A DNA stretch of 64,000 nucleotides, taken from positions 124,000,001-124,064,000 of the forward strand of contig NC_042998.1 of the NCBI RefSeq assembly GCF_006345805.1, given 5' to 3'. Positions 37,400 to 51,720 of the stretch are shown here, in pieces. This DNA comes from Octopus sinensis. Its lineage: Eukaryota. The notes under the pieces were generated by a model. It was not told the DNA's origin. It did no database searches and saw nothing but the letters and a program-made list of their open reading frames with translations. The position numbers and the translations under genes were made by a program. Within the stretch, counting starts at the first letter, position 1; each line of letters opens with the position of its first letter.

Positions 37400-37990
37400 G
37401 TCGAAAGGCATGACTGGTAAAAGCCAAAAATATTGTCAGTGAATGTCTGCAGATACTATAGTATCAATGAATGTCTGTGCATTATCATTAACGGCATATA
37501 GTACTCTCATATTGAGTCATCTGTGAAGAGAGCGCTGGCAACAGGTGGGAATTCTATTCTGATTTGTGGAACTTCTTCAGTCAACAGCTAACGACAGAGG
37601 GGAAGTTCCATTATTCTCAGATGAAAACTGCGTAATGTGCAACGGTTGTATGACAATGGACGAATTTGATAAATGCCTTTATCACGTCTGTATGATCTTC
37701 CAGGAACACTGTATTTTAAGCCTTTTTTGGATGAAACCAGCCACTGTCTTTATAACCTCATCTAAGTTCTTCTCCCAGAGTTTTGGCTCTCACCAATATT
37801 CAAGCAACTCATTAAGACCGTCGGTCATGCAAACCACTAGTCATCGGTGTGGATCTTTGTTCAAACACTGACTTGCAAGCGTACCGTATTAGTTAATGCA
37901 TGTTCTTGATAACAAATTTTATTTCTTCTTTTGGTGTCAAATCCATCGTAATCCGTGCACGAAGAGCAGATCACATGTGCTCGCACGGCT
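37400..37990 (-). mobile_element. possible Tc1-like transposase remnant
   Basis: Minus strand MDLTPK..., SGRR, ALFTDDS (resembles VLFTDES); heavily decayed. Confidence 0.35.
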
Positions 37991-38557
37991 CGTCGCATCA
38001 CAGTTTGAAGGACATCTCCCTTTCCCTCTCTCTCCCTCTCAACGCCTCTAACTTCTGCAAAAATGGCTCACAAGTCAAAATAGATTGGAGAAAAGCTTCA
38101 GCTGGTAACCCTATTGAGTGGGCGAGGGAAATCAAAATGATGATGTGGGTGAAGAGGAGAGAAGAAGAGGGGGAGGGGAGAAGAAAAACAAAAGGAGGGG
38201 GAGGGGAGGGGAGAAGAAAAAGAAGAAGAGGAGGAGGGGTTATTGATGTTGTTGTTGTTGGTGGTGGTGTTGGTGGTGTTGATGATGATGATGATGATGA
38301 TAATGATGATAATGATAATGATGATGTTGCAGATTATAAAAATACCAATAATAATGGTTTCTAATTATATTATACTCAAAGGGAACATTATTTTATTTTC
38401 CCGTGAGCTAAAATATTTTTTGTTCATTATCCTGGTTTGGGCTGAATATTTTCTATCATTCCTTCCTTATTGATGAATTATAGTAGTCATTATAACTATA
38501 TATACATACGCACACACACACACACACACGCGCAAACACACACAAACATACGCACAC

Positions 38558-38608
<51 letters not shown>

Positions 38609-39636
38609 AAGATACGCACACACTCAAACACATATACTCATGTATATAGATATTCCAATTTAACGTCTTTATTTTCAATCTTATTATGTAACAACAGCTG
38701 AGTCTCGTTCGTCTCATGTAAACAACACCTGATAATGAACCAAACCTTATTCCCTGTAGACATTCTGTTCTGAAGCAATGCATTGTCTCCATATTAATAC
38801 ACATAACGCTCCTTCTACTCTTATGTCTCCTATTTCTTTTTCTATCAATAATTTCTCTCTTCATATCTCCATATATGCTACCTTCAGTTATTCTATCTCA
38901 ACAACAAAAGAATTCGTCAAATTTATCAACGTTAATAGTGATTTACTCTGATGCTAATTGTATTTTTGAATGTTTCTTTGCTTTTAGTGAAATAAATTTT
39001 CGGTAATGCCTTACACGCATGGAAAACGGAACCACGATGTCGGATTATGAAATATGAACTGGGAGCTTGGTAGGATGTAAAGAGGCGAAGTATTTACTTT
39101 AACATTCATTTAATCTTTTCAAAAGCCTATTTCGAAATTATAAAAGAAAAAGGAAAAGACTTATAAAGGCATGGGAATATACTGGAAGAAAGAAGGGGCG
39201 AATTCTATTAACTTCAGTTTTTTTGACAGTTCGCAAAAGCGACGAAAGACAGCTTTAATATCGTCAGAATTGGAAGTTAAAATGCGAACAGACATTATAA
39301 AATACTGTATGGCTTACTGCCCAGCGTTTTTTTCTTCTTAATGATGACAAAATATATAGCGTTAACAGACTCACGTATCTGAAAGGGTTTAATTAATCAC
39401 ATTTACATCTGTACATAAATGCATATATTTCATTGGATTCTAAATAGCACTAATAGCACTTTCCAAATTAGACACAACGACAATTTTGTGGAGAGAGATT
39501 TAATAAATACATCTGTCGCACTACTACAAATGTACTTCCTTTCATCGATTCCTAAGGGTTAAAAGGTAAACTTCTCAAGAAAAGAGTGTAGCTCTTTCAT
39601 GACGAACTGCTTATTACTTCTCTTTGTGAAAATCAG

Positions 39637-39813
39637 TTAACTTAGAACCAAGCGAGACTGATGTGGATGATTTCCATCAGTTTCCTGGGTGTGTGTATGT
39701 AAGTGGTGGTTGAGGGACATGCGTGTATCATGGTACTGATTGTGCTGCTATTATATTTGTTGTTTGACAGGTGCCAGTTCTTTTATCAATATTGATCAGG
39801 AGCGGTAGATTAG
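39637..39813 (+). other. candidate exon pair separated by a 71-nt GT-AG intron (39699-39769)
   Basis: GTAAGT...TACTGAT...tttgttgtttgacAG; one compatible frame reads NLEPSETDVDDFHQFPGCVY|VPVLLSILIRSGRLG. Confidence 0.2.
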
Positions 39814-41269
39814 GGTAATCACTAGATATTTAGACATAATGACATAGAGCTATAATTCCACGGTTATTTTACCTTCTGAGAATCACGGTGAGATTAATTT
39901 AATATTTTTATGTACCAGTTAAATGCTGCTCTCGAAGTAAATCGATTAATGACCTGTTCTAAAATTTTCTGGCTTTGTGTCTATTTAAAGCATTTATTAA
40001 TATTGTTCATAGCTGCAGCGTAGTTACATGCAGCAATTCACAAACTGCATTCTGATTATTGCCTCTAAATTTTTTTTGATTGTCCTCCTAGCCATACCCT
40101 TAATAAAATCTACAAGGTAGCTACAACGCACTAGCTTCGAATTTTCGCCCGAATTTTAATTTTCTTTCCACTTCAAATGGCATATGATGAAGTCAATGAG
40201 GCATTGATTGGAGATACAGAGATCTCTCATCAAGGTTTCATCCGCTTCTACCAAAAACGGGTTTACCGTAGTTAATAGAGGGGAAACTTCAGGCCCCTCC
40301 TTAGCAAATAGAAGTGATGTGATAATCTTTACTATTGACACGGTCGAATTCCCAATCCTTATCACGCATGATAGGAGCTATTTGACTATATGGCCTCATA
40401 CACCAGCAATTTTCATTATAAAGTTAAAGAATGTTTAACATCGCATTTGCAAATGACTACGCAGCCTTTGCTGTAAAAACAATAACAAATGTTATATATG
40501 TATGTGTGCATGCGTGCGTGCGCGCGCACGCGCGTGTGTGTGTATGCCTGTGTATGTGTTTGTATTTGACAGCAAAACCCATATTAGATAAAACTTTATA
40601 TAAAGGAGTGTGGATTATTATTTATAGCTTTGTCTATTTCGAATTGCACCACTAAAGGAGAATTATTTTACGTCTCTTAAAGTTTATAAATTCTTATGAC
40701 ATAAACAATACACATTCGCACACATATAATGACTACGGAAAAATATGTAAATATTGTTGAAATTTTTAACCAACATATGTTCATCTTAAGCATTTTATGC
40801 GTATTTTCCTTGATGTACATCGTATCTTAGGGAAAAAAAAAACTCGGTTGTTTCTGCAATCAAAAAAGAAAATTCCCACAATATCATATCAGATCTTATT
40901 TACATGACTAAACGTCGTGACTCGAGAAACTTTTTATAAACTAGTCTTAACTATTTGAAGGCCCGTGTGAGTATTTTATAATCTCCAGAACATAAAACTT
41001 CTGACTACGTTAAGCCTGTAGTTTTATTTATTTCTAGTTAGGAGAAAAGTATGAATGTATATGCCTATTTTTTTTATATTAGAAAGTCCCAAACAATGCG
41101 AAAAGCCACTTCGTGTAAGGGACTAAGAAGGAGAAATTAAGATGAAAGGAAATAATTTATTTTAGACTTGAAAGTGTTAAGGTAATTAAATGGGGAAACA
41201 ATGAGATGGAAGAGAGTTACAAAGTCTGGCAGTTGGAAGTAAAAAGTTAGCATTTGGATGAATACGTTG

Positions 41270-41860
41270 TGAGTTTCGAGTAAGGCCAGACTGCACAACG
41301 TGATCTGGGACAAGTCCATTAAAGTGCTTCATGTGGTAATATCAATACAAAAAATTCAGAACGGCAACGTTATGTCGATGTCGTAAAGGTTGCAGAGTTG
41401 AAGCATGATAGAGTTCAATCAAATTAGAGATTCAAATTAGAGATCCAAGTGACAAGATGGTGCACCTACCCAAATATGAGAACCGTATGAATCGTTGACA
41501 AATTGTAGACGAATCGTGGACGAATTGTGGGCAAATTCTGTAAAGATACAAAATGATCTCGGATTTGAGGTAGTCCTTTGGGTTATACAATGACCCAACA
41601 TTCCGGAAAGGTAACTGACGTACCAATTGACTATTTGTTAGAACCACTAGAAAAGACAGATGAGAAAGTACAACCAAGCAGTTTCAAAGATCTCTCCTCG
41701 AGTGGATTGACTGCCTCACCATGTAATACCTCAGACCTATAATTCATGCAAATAAAGACAGGAAGACAGGATTTCCGCATCTTACTGAAAGAAATGAGTA
41801 TGGTCTTGTCAGTGTTGAAATTTACTAACCATTTGTCAGCGTTCTGCCGATCCACCTCCT
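41270..41860 (-). mobile_element. CR1/L2-like LINE, post-RT 3' fragment
   Basis: KWLVNFNTDKT.LISFS, SLKLLGCTFSS, HRHNVAVLNFLY.YY motifs. Confidence 0.65.
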
Positions 41861-42442
41861 GATTAGCAGCAAACTCTAATTTTTTTCAATATATATCTGA
41901 GATGGTGGGGCTTCTTCGCTTGATTGGTAGTCTTTTGAGCGACATATAAGTGAAATATTATTTCCAATATATTCTTTTCTATTATTTCCAGTATATTAAG
42001 AACGTGTCCGTGAGAAAGAGGGAAGGGACGAGAGAGCAGAGCGTTGTACGCGTGTGTGTGAGTGTTTCTATTCTCAATTGTCCACTGTTTTAGTATAGTA
42101 ATATGATTAATCTTGAATATGAATTCTTCTTCGAGTTTCTTCAGTTGACCAAAATGCGTTGCGGTATTCTTTTCAACCATTTGCATTGTGTGTTCAAATT
42201 TTCTGCGACCGATTTGCTATTCATCCTTTCGAAATCAATAAAATAGGTACCATCGGAGAACTTGGGCCAATGTAATCCACTTAGGTCCCCCACTGAAATT
42301 ATTGGCGTTGTGCAAAACTTGATCATAACTATCCTCAACATCATCATCATCATCATCATCAGTATTATAATATTCATTGTCCGACGAACGGAAACGTGAA
42401 ACTCCGAGTAACAGCTTTTGTTAAATTTGTGCTGCTTTTAAA

Positions 42443-42490
<48 letters not shown>

Positions 42491-42566
42491 TATAATATAT
42501 ATAAATATATATATGGGCACCATATATATATATTTATATCTATATATGTATGTATATGTATGTATG

Positions 42567-42597
<31 letters not shown>

Positions 42598-43155
42598 TAT
42601 ATATATTATATATATATCATATCGGCTCGGTATAACATCCTAAAACCGGAAGCCTAACTCGTATTGATGTTCAAAGATTTTCTACCGAAGTTACACAGTT
42701 TATAAGAATCAATAAAACTGCCTGCCGCACAATACACTTATGCTTTACGGTTTTAAGAGTTGAAACAAATTGTGACTGTAATTTCCAAACGCCCGTAACT
42801 ATGATACAAAATGTAAGACTTAAATGAAAATTACATAAAGATTTCTAACTTTACATATGAAAATATGATCACAGGTTTTATGAATTATGAAATTTCCGTG
42901 GAACTCGCCCAACACACAAACGTACTTATCTCTTCATTCCTTTGGCACGTTCTTCATTATTCTGGTTACTTATATAATTATTCGGCTTACCTATATAATT
43001 GAAAAATGCAAATTTAAACGAGATTACTGTATTTATTTGCTTAACTAAAATGTAGTAGCGTGGTTGCATTCCTTTATACACTCCAACTATAGATATCTAA
43101 CTTCGTGGAAATAAGAGAAAGGAAATTTAGTGTTCATACGAATATTCAACTGAAG

Positions 43156-43190
<35 letters not shown>

Positions 43191-44739
43191 CAACTAAGAA
43201 CCAGGAATAAACTGCTAGACTGTTCAACAGTAAATGATTGATATCATTCAATTCTTTCTTTCAATGTTATTTACATATAAATGTAAAATATCTTCAAAGC
43301 CCTGTAAAATCCGATGGTGAACTCGAGATTTATGACCTTAAAAGCACAATATACCTATTACAGAAAACTTTGTGAAGTGAAAAGTACAAGATTAACTGTG
43401 CTGATGAATTGCGCAACATCTATTCTAGTGTAAATTTGATCTTGACGTAAATTTGCTGGTAGTCAGGGACAATATCTGTTTCCCTTTTTTACTGTGTTTT
43501 ATATTGATTTAGAGAAAAGCATGTTGACCTGAGAACGAAAATGCAGTGGGAAACAGGCAGATAAGTGGTATGACTTCACCCAACAATATTGATGACTTAA
43601 ACAAAGTGAAATAAGTATATACAAACTAAAGCTGAAAATTGTCGGATAGTTCAAACTATCGGTAACTATCTGCCAACGATGCAGATTTCACGCGGTGCGA
43701 ATTCTCGGCGTGAATTCTCGGAATTATCATGTCAAATGTAAATTTTTCATATATAATTTTGGCAAAAAGTTGAGAGAATCAAAGATATAATGCAACATAG
43801 CATGATGTCAAATCGGATCGACTAATAATTAAATTACTCTTTTTTAGCCCTTATATTTTTTTCTATGATCTTAATTTTCACATTTAGATGTTGATGTTGC
43901 AGTTTACTGTAAAATGTATGACATGTTCATTTGAACTTCGTTTTAGTCGATTTATTCTTTTTAAATCCAGAATATTATAAGCTGACCTTGCTCAATGCTT
44001 TCTGCTTAACTTCAGTAGGAAATTCGTTTCATTACCCAATCGAAATAATCTTCTTTAATTATGGTGCAGATGTTGCTGCAACTGTCACTGTTTGATTGTC
44101 GCAATTGTTACGGCCCCAAAATTACCATATTATAGCTTTTATAAGAGGAAAATCTATCGCGAATATAAATCCTAAACGATGAGCATATGAAGTTTAGGAG
44201 AATTCATATTAATTGCTGTTCTTTTGGTTGGAAAAAAGTTATCCACTGACATTACTAGAATCTAATAAATGAATAAAATTGTAAAGCAACACGAATTGGT
44301 GATTAATAGAGAACAAAAGGAATATTCTATAGCGTAACAAGGTGTGTAGTTTTCCTTAATGTAACTCAGAAACAAAAACGCCCTATTATCATTTGTAATT
44401 ATGAAAATATAAAAGCATTTAGATCATCTTACTGAACGATCATCTTACTGAACGATCATCTTCAGAAGGACCAGCTGCCCAATAGTTTGCATCGCAATAA
44501 AATGCTAAACGCGGGTGTTCCTTCTACGCCTACCTGTTTCCTGCATAGTGACTTTTACTTTTTATCTCCGCGCAGGAATATACATTTTTCCTGTACCTGC
44601 CTGACTGATTCTATCACTGTTCACCCGATATGGCACGATACTATGATGACTCTTTTTGAAAAGTAAATATAAGAGAATTACGCTTAAGAATTGCACCAAA
44701 GAGACACTCACACAGGTGCATACGTATATATAACTTTCT

Positions 44740-45120
44740 CTATTATCTTTTATTATGTCATTGCAGTGCAGCCGTGCTCAGGCACGACCTTGAGGAATTT
44801 TAGTCGAGCAAATTGACCCTGTACTTTGTTTCCTTTTTCTGAACTGGTAAGTTACAAGGATGTAAGCACACCAACATTGTTTGTAAGGATGTGGTAAAGA
44901 CAAAGACAGATATAAACAACAACCAACCCCATATATATATATATTGGCGCAGGAGCAGCTATGTGGTAAGTAGCTTACTTACCAACCAACCACATTTTTC
45001 AGGGATCAGTTCCACTGCGTGAGCACCTTGAGTACTTGGGTTAGTGTCTTCTGCTGTAGCCTCGGGTCGACCAAAGCCTTTTGAGTGGATTTGGTAGTCC
45101 GAAACTGAAAGAAGGCCGGT
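44740..45120. mobile_element. SINE family A fragments (minus tail 44740-44930, plus head 44946-45120)
   Basis: Similarity to 1266-1660. Confidence 0.65.
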
Positions 45121-45660
45121 TTATAAATACCTTCCAAGATGCAATTGTTTTTGTTTCAGCACATGATCTCAGATCAGGTCACTTGCTATGAAGGTACATT
45201 TCCATAATATATATATTTTGAGCGGTTACACTTGAGATGTAATCGGTTCGATCTGGTTGCCTCCCAAACAAGTTTAAGCTAAGAGCATTAAACACCTTTG
45301 TAAGAAAGCTAGCTAATGTGTATGGCAACAAAGACAAAAAAAGCAAACAACCAAAAAACGGTGAACATAGTACACAATTGCGAATAAAACAACAAAAAAT
45401 AACAACAGGTGTCTTTCGACTGAGAACGAATCAAATTGAGTTGGCGTGTATGAATTGAAAGCCTAAAAGCAGGAACATAGGAGATGGACATAAGAGGTGT
45501 TGGCGGTCGGTAGTCGGGCCAAGAAAGAAAGATCATGGCAGGTGGGACACCGGTCACATGGAAGGAGAAGAGATGGGTGGAGCAGTGGGATTGAAGAATT
45601 AGAAAAAATGATAGAGAAAGAGAAAGGTACAGGGAAAATAAACGAGTGGGAGCATATATA

Positions 45661-45725
45661 TACATGTATGTATGTATGTATGTATGTATGTATGTATGTA
45701 TGTATGTATGTATGTATGTATGTAT
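45661..45725. repeat. (TATG)n microsatellite
   Basis: Direct reading. Confidence 0.95.
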
Positions 45726-46115
45726 GTGTGTATAAGAAAATAATCTACCACACTGAAAACAGCACTACCCATGGAAAATTCCCTCTTAATATTCATAATA
45801 CATGAGTGAAAATGAACGGTAGTACTTCCCATAATGCCCACTATAAAACTTGAAGTCACCTTTAGCCTTTTGCTGGTAAATGTTAAGAAATACGTACTCT
45901 CGTGTAAACGTATAAAATAATCCTTCAATTTAATGTTAAATTATCTTCTAATATAATAAATGCGAAACTAGTTTCTGTGTGTTAGTGTGTCACACTTTGA
46001 ATCCTTCTTTCTCTTTTCCATGATACTTCTATTATTCCTCGTGCTAGGGTGAGAGGAATAGTAGGTCTGGAAAAGGTGAGGGCGGTGGCGAAGACAGATA
46101 GAGCGAAAAAGATAA

Positions 46116-46163
<48 letters not shown>

Positions 46164-46780
46164 CAAAGAAATTTAAATAGAGTTGATGATGTTTTATTAA
46201 GAGTAATAGTGTTGATGGTAACAGTGGAGGTAATAATAAGAGAGAGAGAAAAAGTGGGGATGTGAGAGAAAGAGGGGCTGAACACTGAACTAGTATGCTG
46301 AACTAACATACTGAACACTTATGGTAATGGCGTGATAGTAACAGTATGAGTTGTAGTTGTGATAGAGGCAGAGGTGGCCGTGATGATGATGGTGATGGTA
46401 GCCGAGGCGGTCAGGAATGACTGTGAGAGTAAGCGATGTGAAAGATAGAGGTGATGGTGGTGGAGGGGAAGGCGGCAAAGTCAAAACTATTGATGGTGAT
46501 GGCGTCAAACGTCTGAATAGTGAATATGTCAGAAGTGGTGGCGATGGTAGTGGTACTGTTGTTTATCATGCAGCTTTGCAATAAGTTTCAAGTCGACAAA
46601 TTATATCATTGTTTTGATGAAAATTGTTCATTGCATGAAACATATTGCTCAAGTTGAATAAAATTTAATATGTATTCAATGCGTGAAGTGTAATTGTTGG
46701 TCCCAAGGCCTAATGAAGCATCCTCCGCAGGAGCTAGCATAAAAGCTGCCCTTTTGGACGGCTTTTAAGCTAATTATATA

Positions 46781-46830
46781 TACCATCCACCCTCAGGGGT
46801 TAGCCACATTTAGGTGGCAAATATGCTTCA

Positions 46831-46833
<3 letters not shown>
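46781..46833 (+). repeat. 53-nt element terminus abutting (TA)n, identical to 52776-52828
   Basis: taccatccaccctcaggggttagccacatttaggtggcaaatatgcttcatga in both places. Confidence 0.85.
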
Positions 46834-46925
<92 letters not shown>

Positions 46926-46934
46926 ATATATACA

Positions 46935-47311
46935 GGCGCAGGAGTGGCTGTGTGGTAAGTAGCTTGCTAACCAACTACATGGCTCCGGGTTCAGTCCCAC
47001 TGCGTGGCATCTTGGGCAAGTGTCTCCTGCTATAGCCCCGGGACGACCAATGCCTTATGAATGGATTTGGTAGACGGAAACTGAAAGAAGCCTGTCGTAT
47101 ATATGTATGTTTGTGTGTCTGTGTTTGTCCCCCTAGCATTGCTTGACAACCGATGGTGGTGTGTTTACGTCTCCGTCACTTAGCGGTTCGGCAAAAGAGA
47201 CCGATAGAATAAGTACTGGGCTTACAAAGAATAAGTCCCGGGGTCGATTTGCTCGACTAAAGGCGGTGCTCCAGCATGGCCGCAGTCAAATGACTGAAAC
47301 AAGTAAAAGAG

Positions 47312-47360
<49 letters not shown>

Positions 47361-47746
47361 ATATATACAGGCGCAGGAGTGGCTGTGTGGTAAGTAGCTT
47401 GCTAACCAACTACATGGCTCCGGGTTCAGTCCCACTGCGTGGCATCTTGGGCAAGTGTCTCCTGCTATAGCCCCGGGACGACCAATGCCTTATGAATGGA
47501 TTTGGTAGACGGAAACTGAAAGAAGCCTGTCGTATATATGTATGTTTGTGTGTCTGTGTTTGTCCCCCTAGCATTGCTTGACAACCGATGGTGGTGTGTT
47601 TACGTCTCCGTCACTTAGCGGTTCGGCAAAAGAGACCGATAGAATAAGTACTGGGCTTACAAAGAATAAGTCCCGGGGTCGATTTGCTCGACTAAAGGCG
47701 GTGCTCCAGCATGGCCGCAGTCAAATGACTGAAACAAGTAAAAGAG
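46935..47746 (+). mobile_element. two SINE family A copies in a 435-bp tandem duplication
   Basis: 46935-47311 and 47370-47746 appear identical, including private variants; ORF-track duplicates are offset by 435. Confidence 0.9.
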
Positions 47747-47786
<40 letters not shown>

Positions 47787-47834
47787 AGTCTGTGTATGTA
47801 TTTATGCATATATGTATGCATGTATGTATGTATA

Positions 47835-48052
47835 TACGTGGAGTGCTGAAAATTCCCAAGTTTAAGGATGTCGCGAAGGGCCGGGTTGGAGGCCCAAATT
47901 CCGAGCTCTTTTTCAGGCATTAGAAAAACTGAAGGATCGCTGCAATAAGTGTGTGAATCTGAGAGGTGAATATGTTGAATAAAATCATAATTAACGGATC
48001 CACCTCTATTTTCTTTTACTCAAAGCCTGGAACGTTTCAGCACCTCCTCGTG
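47835..48052 (+). mobile_element. mariner-derived MITE, same family as 98-281
   Basis: tacgtggagtgctgaaaattcc ... ggaacgtttcagcacctcctcgtg TIRs; encodes FFSGIRKTEGS/LEKLKDRCNKCVNLRGEYVE*. Confidence 0.75.
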
Positions 48053-48119
48053 TAAATATGCATATGTGTGAGTGTGCGTGTCTGTGTGTGTGTTTGTGTG
48101 TGTGTGTGGTGTGTGTGCG

Positions 48120-48164
<45 letters not shown>

Positions 48165-48313
48165 TGTGTGTGCGTGTGTGTGTGTAATTGTGCAAATGTC
48201 CTTATCAACATTAAATGCAGATTGACGCATACAGTATGCAAAAATTAGATTAATAAATATATTTGAGTTTGCATACTTTCACTATTGAAGCTGTCTTTTT
48301 CTTTTTCTTGCAG

Positions 48314-48385
48314 AATAATAACCTCTCCATCATCAACTACTTCAATAGCATATTTATTAAATGGTTATCATACTTATAAAGTTTG
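48314..48385 (+). CDS. candidate 72-nt symmetric exon
   Basis: Strong acceptor tctttttctttttcttgcag|, donor TG|GTAAAG; phase-2 frame IITSPSSTTSIAYLLNGYHTYKV. Confidence 0.2.
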
Positions 48386-48766
48386 GTAAAGCATAGCTGC
48401 ATACCTCTATATCTATGCCTCTTCAAATATTTTTTTTAATTATGAGATGTTTATTTGCGTTAGAGATTTTGACAACCATAGTTTTCTGCATGATAGAGCG
48501 TCATTATTATTTACGGACACATTTTATCAAAAGGAATCGTGTAATGTAAAAATAGCATCATAAAATGAGAAACAAACCCTTGATTTAGCTGGAGTATGTG
48601 TAATCATACTTAAGCCGTTATGTATTAGCTCCTGAGGAGAGTAAAATTTTAGATTTCCAGAGCATGGTCCATATAAATCTAAGCCGAGTTATTATCTTAC
48701 TACTTGTATACAGTGTCTTGAAAGTTAAGCTAATTAAAAAATGCACTACATAAAACACTTCTACAA

Positions 48767-49607
48767 TACTCCTCTGATCAATAAGTATCCGGACTGTTGT
48801 TATGGTAACGAACCTAAAGCACGCAGGGTAAAGCTGCTCAGCACAGATTGACCTTGAATAATGCTGTGCATACACTCTAAGTTTTAACGTTCTAGCTCAC
48901 AGTTCCGCTGTACATAGCAGTACTTGGAAATAACGTGCATAGCGTGTGTTCCGCACATTCACCATGACAGAGGAAGTTGAGCAGAGAATTGGCATCAAAT
49001 TTTCAGAAAGTTTTCATCGTTCTCGACACAATCAAGGAGATCTTGTGCAACTGAAGCGCAAATGATTTTTGGTTAGGTGGTGAAAGCAGTTTGGGCACAA
49101 AATTAGCAGGCACGCGTCTCATACCCAAATCTTCTGTGATAATGAATTCAATCTGCGCATCCTTTGATAACTCACGGATGGGGATTCGACGATTTACCCT
49201 CACAGCTGCATGCACATCTGTGATGTTTTTCTCAGTTCTGTTGGTTGCGTGTCTCCCAGAACTTTCGTTGCTATCAACATTCTTTTTACCATCTTGGAAA
49301 TGTCAGAACCACTCGTATGCTTGTATGCGTCTCATACACTCCTGACTATACACTTTCTGCAAATTTGCCTAGGCCCTGAGCCAGTATCGCCATGATAACT
49401 TTCTCTGTGATGGTCAATACGTCGATCACACGTTACACACGTTATTTCGAAGCACTGCTGTAAATAGCGGTAGTGAGCTAGAACGTTAACCCTTAGTGCG
49501 CATGTACAGCAGAGTTCCAGATCAATCTATGCCAAGTGGCTTCACTCTGTGTGCTATAGTTTCGTTACTACGGCAACAGTCCCTATACTTATTAATCAGA
49601 CCTCGTA
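48767..49607. mobile_element. mariner derivative with two inward-facing 5' ends
   Basis: 48767-49000 (+, ends MTEEVEQRIGIKF) is the inverted homologue of 49380-49607 (TIR tacgaggtctgattaataagtat); minus-strand HTH region ...YEWF..FQDG...SGR...NRRIPIREL...TEDLGMRRVPANFVPKLL. Confidence 0.8.
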
Positions 49608-50570
49608 TTCCATAAAAAGTAGCAATATTAGTATGTTTATCTTTTAACAATATATTCCTTAGCTGTGGTCATTATCGTATAAAAGCTTAAGACGTCGGAA
49701 TGAATTTTCGGAATCCTGTTCAAATATATAAATGTAAAAATAGAAAAGGAAATAGTATATGACCTAATAATAGTTTCAGTATTTGTTCCGGTTTTTACAG
49801 GAATTTCCTAAACATTCTAAATAAGCATTAACCAAACAACTAATATTACATCTTACATAGAAATAACCTTTTGGTGATCCTTCATATACAATGTTAACAA
49901 AAATTCTTGCTCCAAAAACTGGCAAATATAACTTCAATATAATGATAATAACATTTGTACTATGAACTGGATATGACTTTGTAAAACATTTCTTTATTGC
50001 GCTAAGGCTTCATTTCAAGATAGCAATAAAAGTTAAAAGTCACTTTCAAATCATTTTCGCAACATATGTCTATATTTCGAACCGATAATAATATTTCGTC
50101 ACCTCACTATCCAAGTATATTTGTACTTTAAAACTTGTATTATATATATTTAAAAATCAAGTGAGCTATTCCAAATCATACAACCCTCATCAAGAAAATC
50201 TAATCATTGTCTCTAGGAGAAACATCTTTCTATTCGTGCTTTTCCAATTTGTGACTGGAAAATACAATTTAATGAATTTTTGTATACCATTTCATTGAAA
50301 TAAATTGCGCAACCTTAAATGGCACTCCTATAATAAGAAAAAATAAATTTATTCAACATTAAAACTTCAATAACAGTAGCCAACTTTCTTGCGTATATAT
50401 GCTGTATTACAATTTTTACCAAAGACCTGCAACCATCACGTTCAGAAGATTGTATCGGGCATTCTACAGAGAGTAATTCGACAGGATATGTGACGCATTT
50501 CATTACGGGTTTTTTGACATACAGTCAACTCTTGATGACTAAACATATTTTGTTGTGTTTTTGAAATTAG

Positions 50571-50612
<42 letters not shown>

Positions 50613-51224
50613 ACATTTTCATACGGCTTCTCTACTTCAATGTTTTTCTTTTCATTTAATAATCAGAGACAACAAAGCAGAGTTACGTGTACTATTAATG
50701 AGTAAGCTACGAGCAACAGAGACAGGAACAGAAAAATATACAGTAAAGGAGATTATGCTGCCACAGCATTACTAACAGAGTGTATAATTACATCTTATAT
50801 TTGAATTAGATTCACGGTAATTGAAATCCCATTGTATCAAAGAATCCTGGTAAACACAAACGTTAGCAGGTAATAGGTGTTTTATTTTTGCATTAATGCA
50901 ACATCCATTCAATTCCAAGTTCCATTAGCAAACACGAAACATCCATGCATCTACTTCATACATCCTTCTCGAATATTGATTTTATCCCTGTCAAATAAAC
51001 AGAAAACAACCGACTTCAGACGGGAACCTCAAAATGACATGAATTCAGAGTGTAGAAATCTTATGCATATTTACTATTTACCTAACATACTAAATTCACC
51101 AGTCTTTGAATTGTTTTCATATTTTGTTGCGGCTGTGTGTACATATATACACAGCCACAAAGGTACACAACCAGATATTACGTACGTAAAAATACGTTCA
51201 CTCACGCAATATTACTCGTGAACA

Positions 51225-51437
51225 AGGAGGCGAGCTGGTAGCAATGTTAGCACGCCGGGTGAAATACTTAGCGGTATTTCGTATGCCTTTACGTTCTGAG
51301 TTCAAATTTCGCCAAGGTCGACTTTGCCTTTCATCCTTTCGGGGTCACTAAATTAAGTACCAGTTGCGTACTGGGGTCAATTTAATCGATTGGCCCTCTA
51401 CCGCAAAATTTCAGGCTTTGTGCCTAGAGTAGAAAAG
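51225..51437 (+). mobile_element. SINE family B
   Basis: Matches 16929-17140. Confidence 0.85.
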
Positions 51438-51529
51438 AATTTTACACATGAACACAGGGACACGCACAGGTATATACACGTACGTAGATATTTACATACA
51501 TATATACATACATATACGTTCTTCTATTA

Positions 51530-51720
51530 TTTTCTTTGCTTCAGTCATTTGAGCGCAGCCATGCTGGAGCAGCGCCTTAAAGGGTTTTAGTCGAAGAAAT
51601 CGATCTCAGGACTTATTTTTTGTAAGCCAAATAATTACTTTGCAGAACCGCTAAGTTACGGAGACGTAAACACACCAATATTAATTGTCAAACGATAGTG
51701 GGGTGAGAAACACAGAAAGA
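51530..51720 (-). mobile_element. SINE family A tail
   Basis: ttcagtcatttgagcgcagccatgctggagc...gaaccgctaagttacggagacgtaaacacacc. Confidence 0.7.

Noticed and set aside
44424-44462. 16-nt tandem duplication gatcatcttactgaac
   Set aside because: A simple slippage duplication with no further structure.
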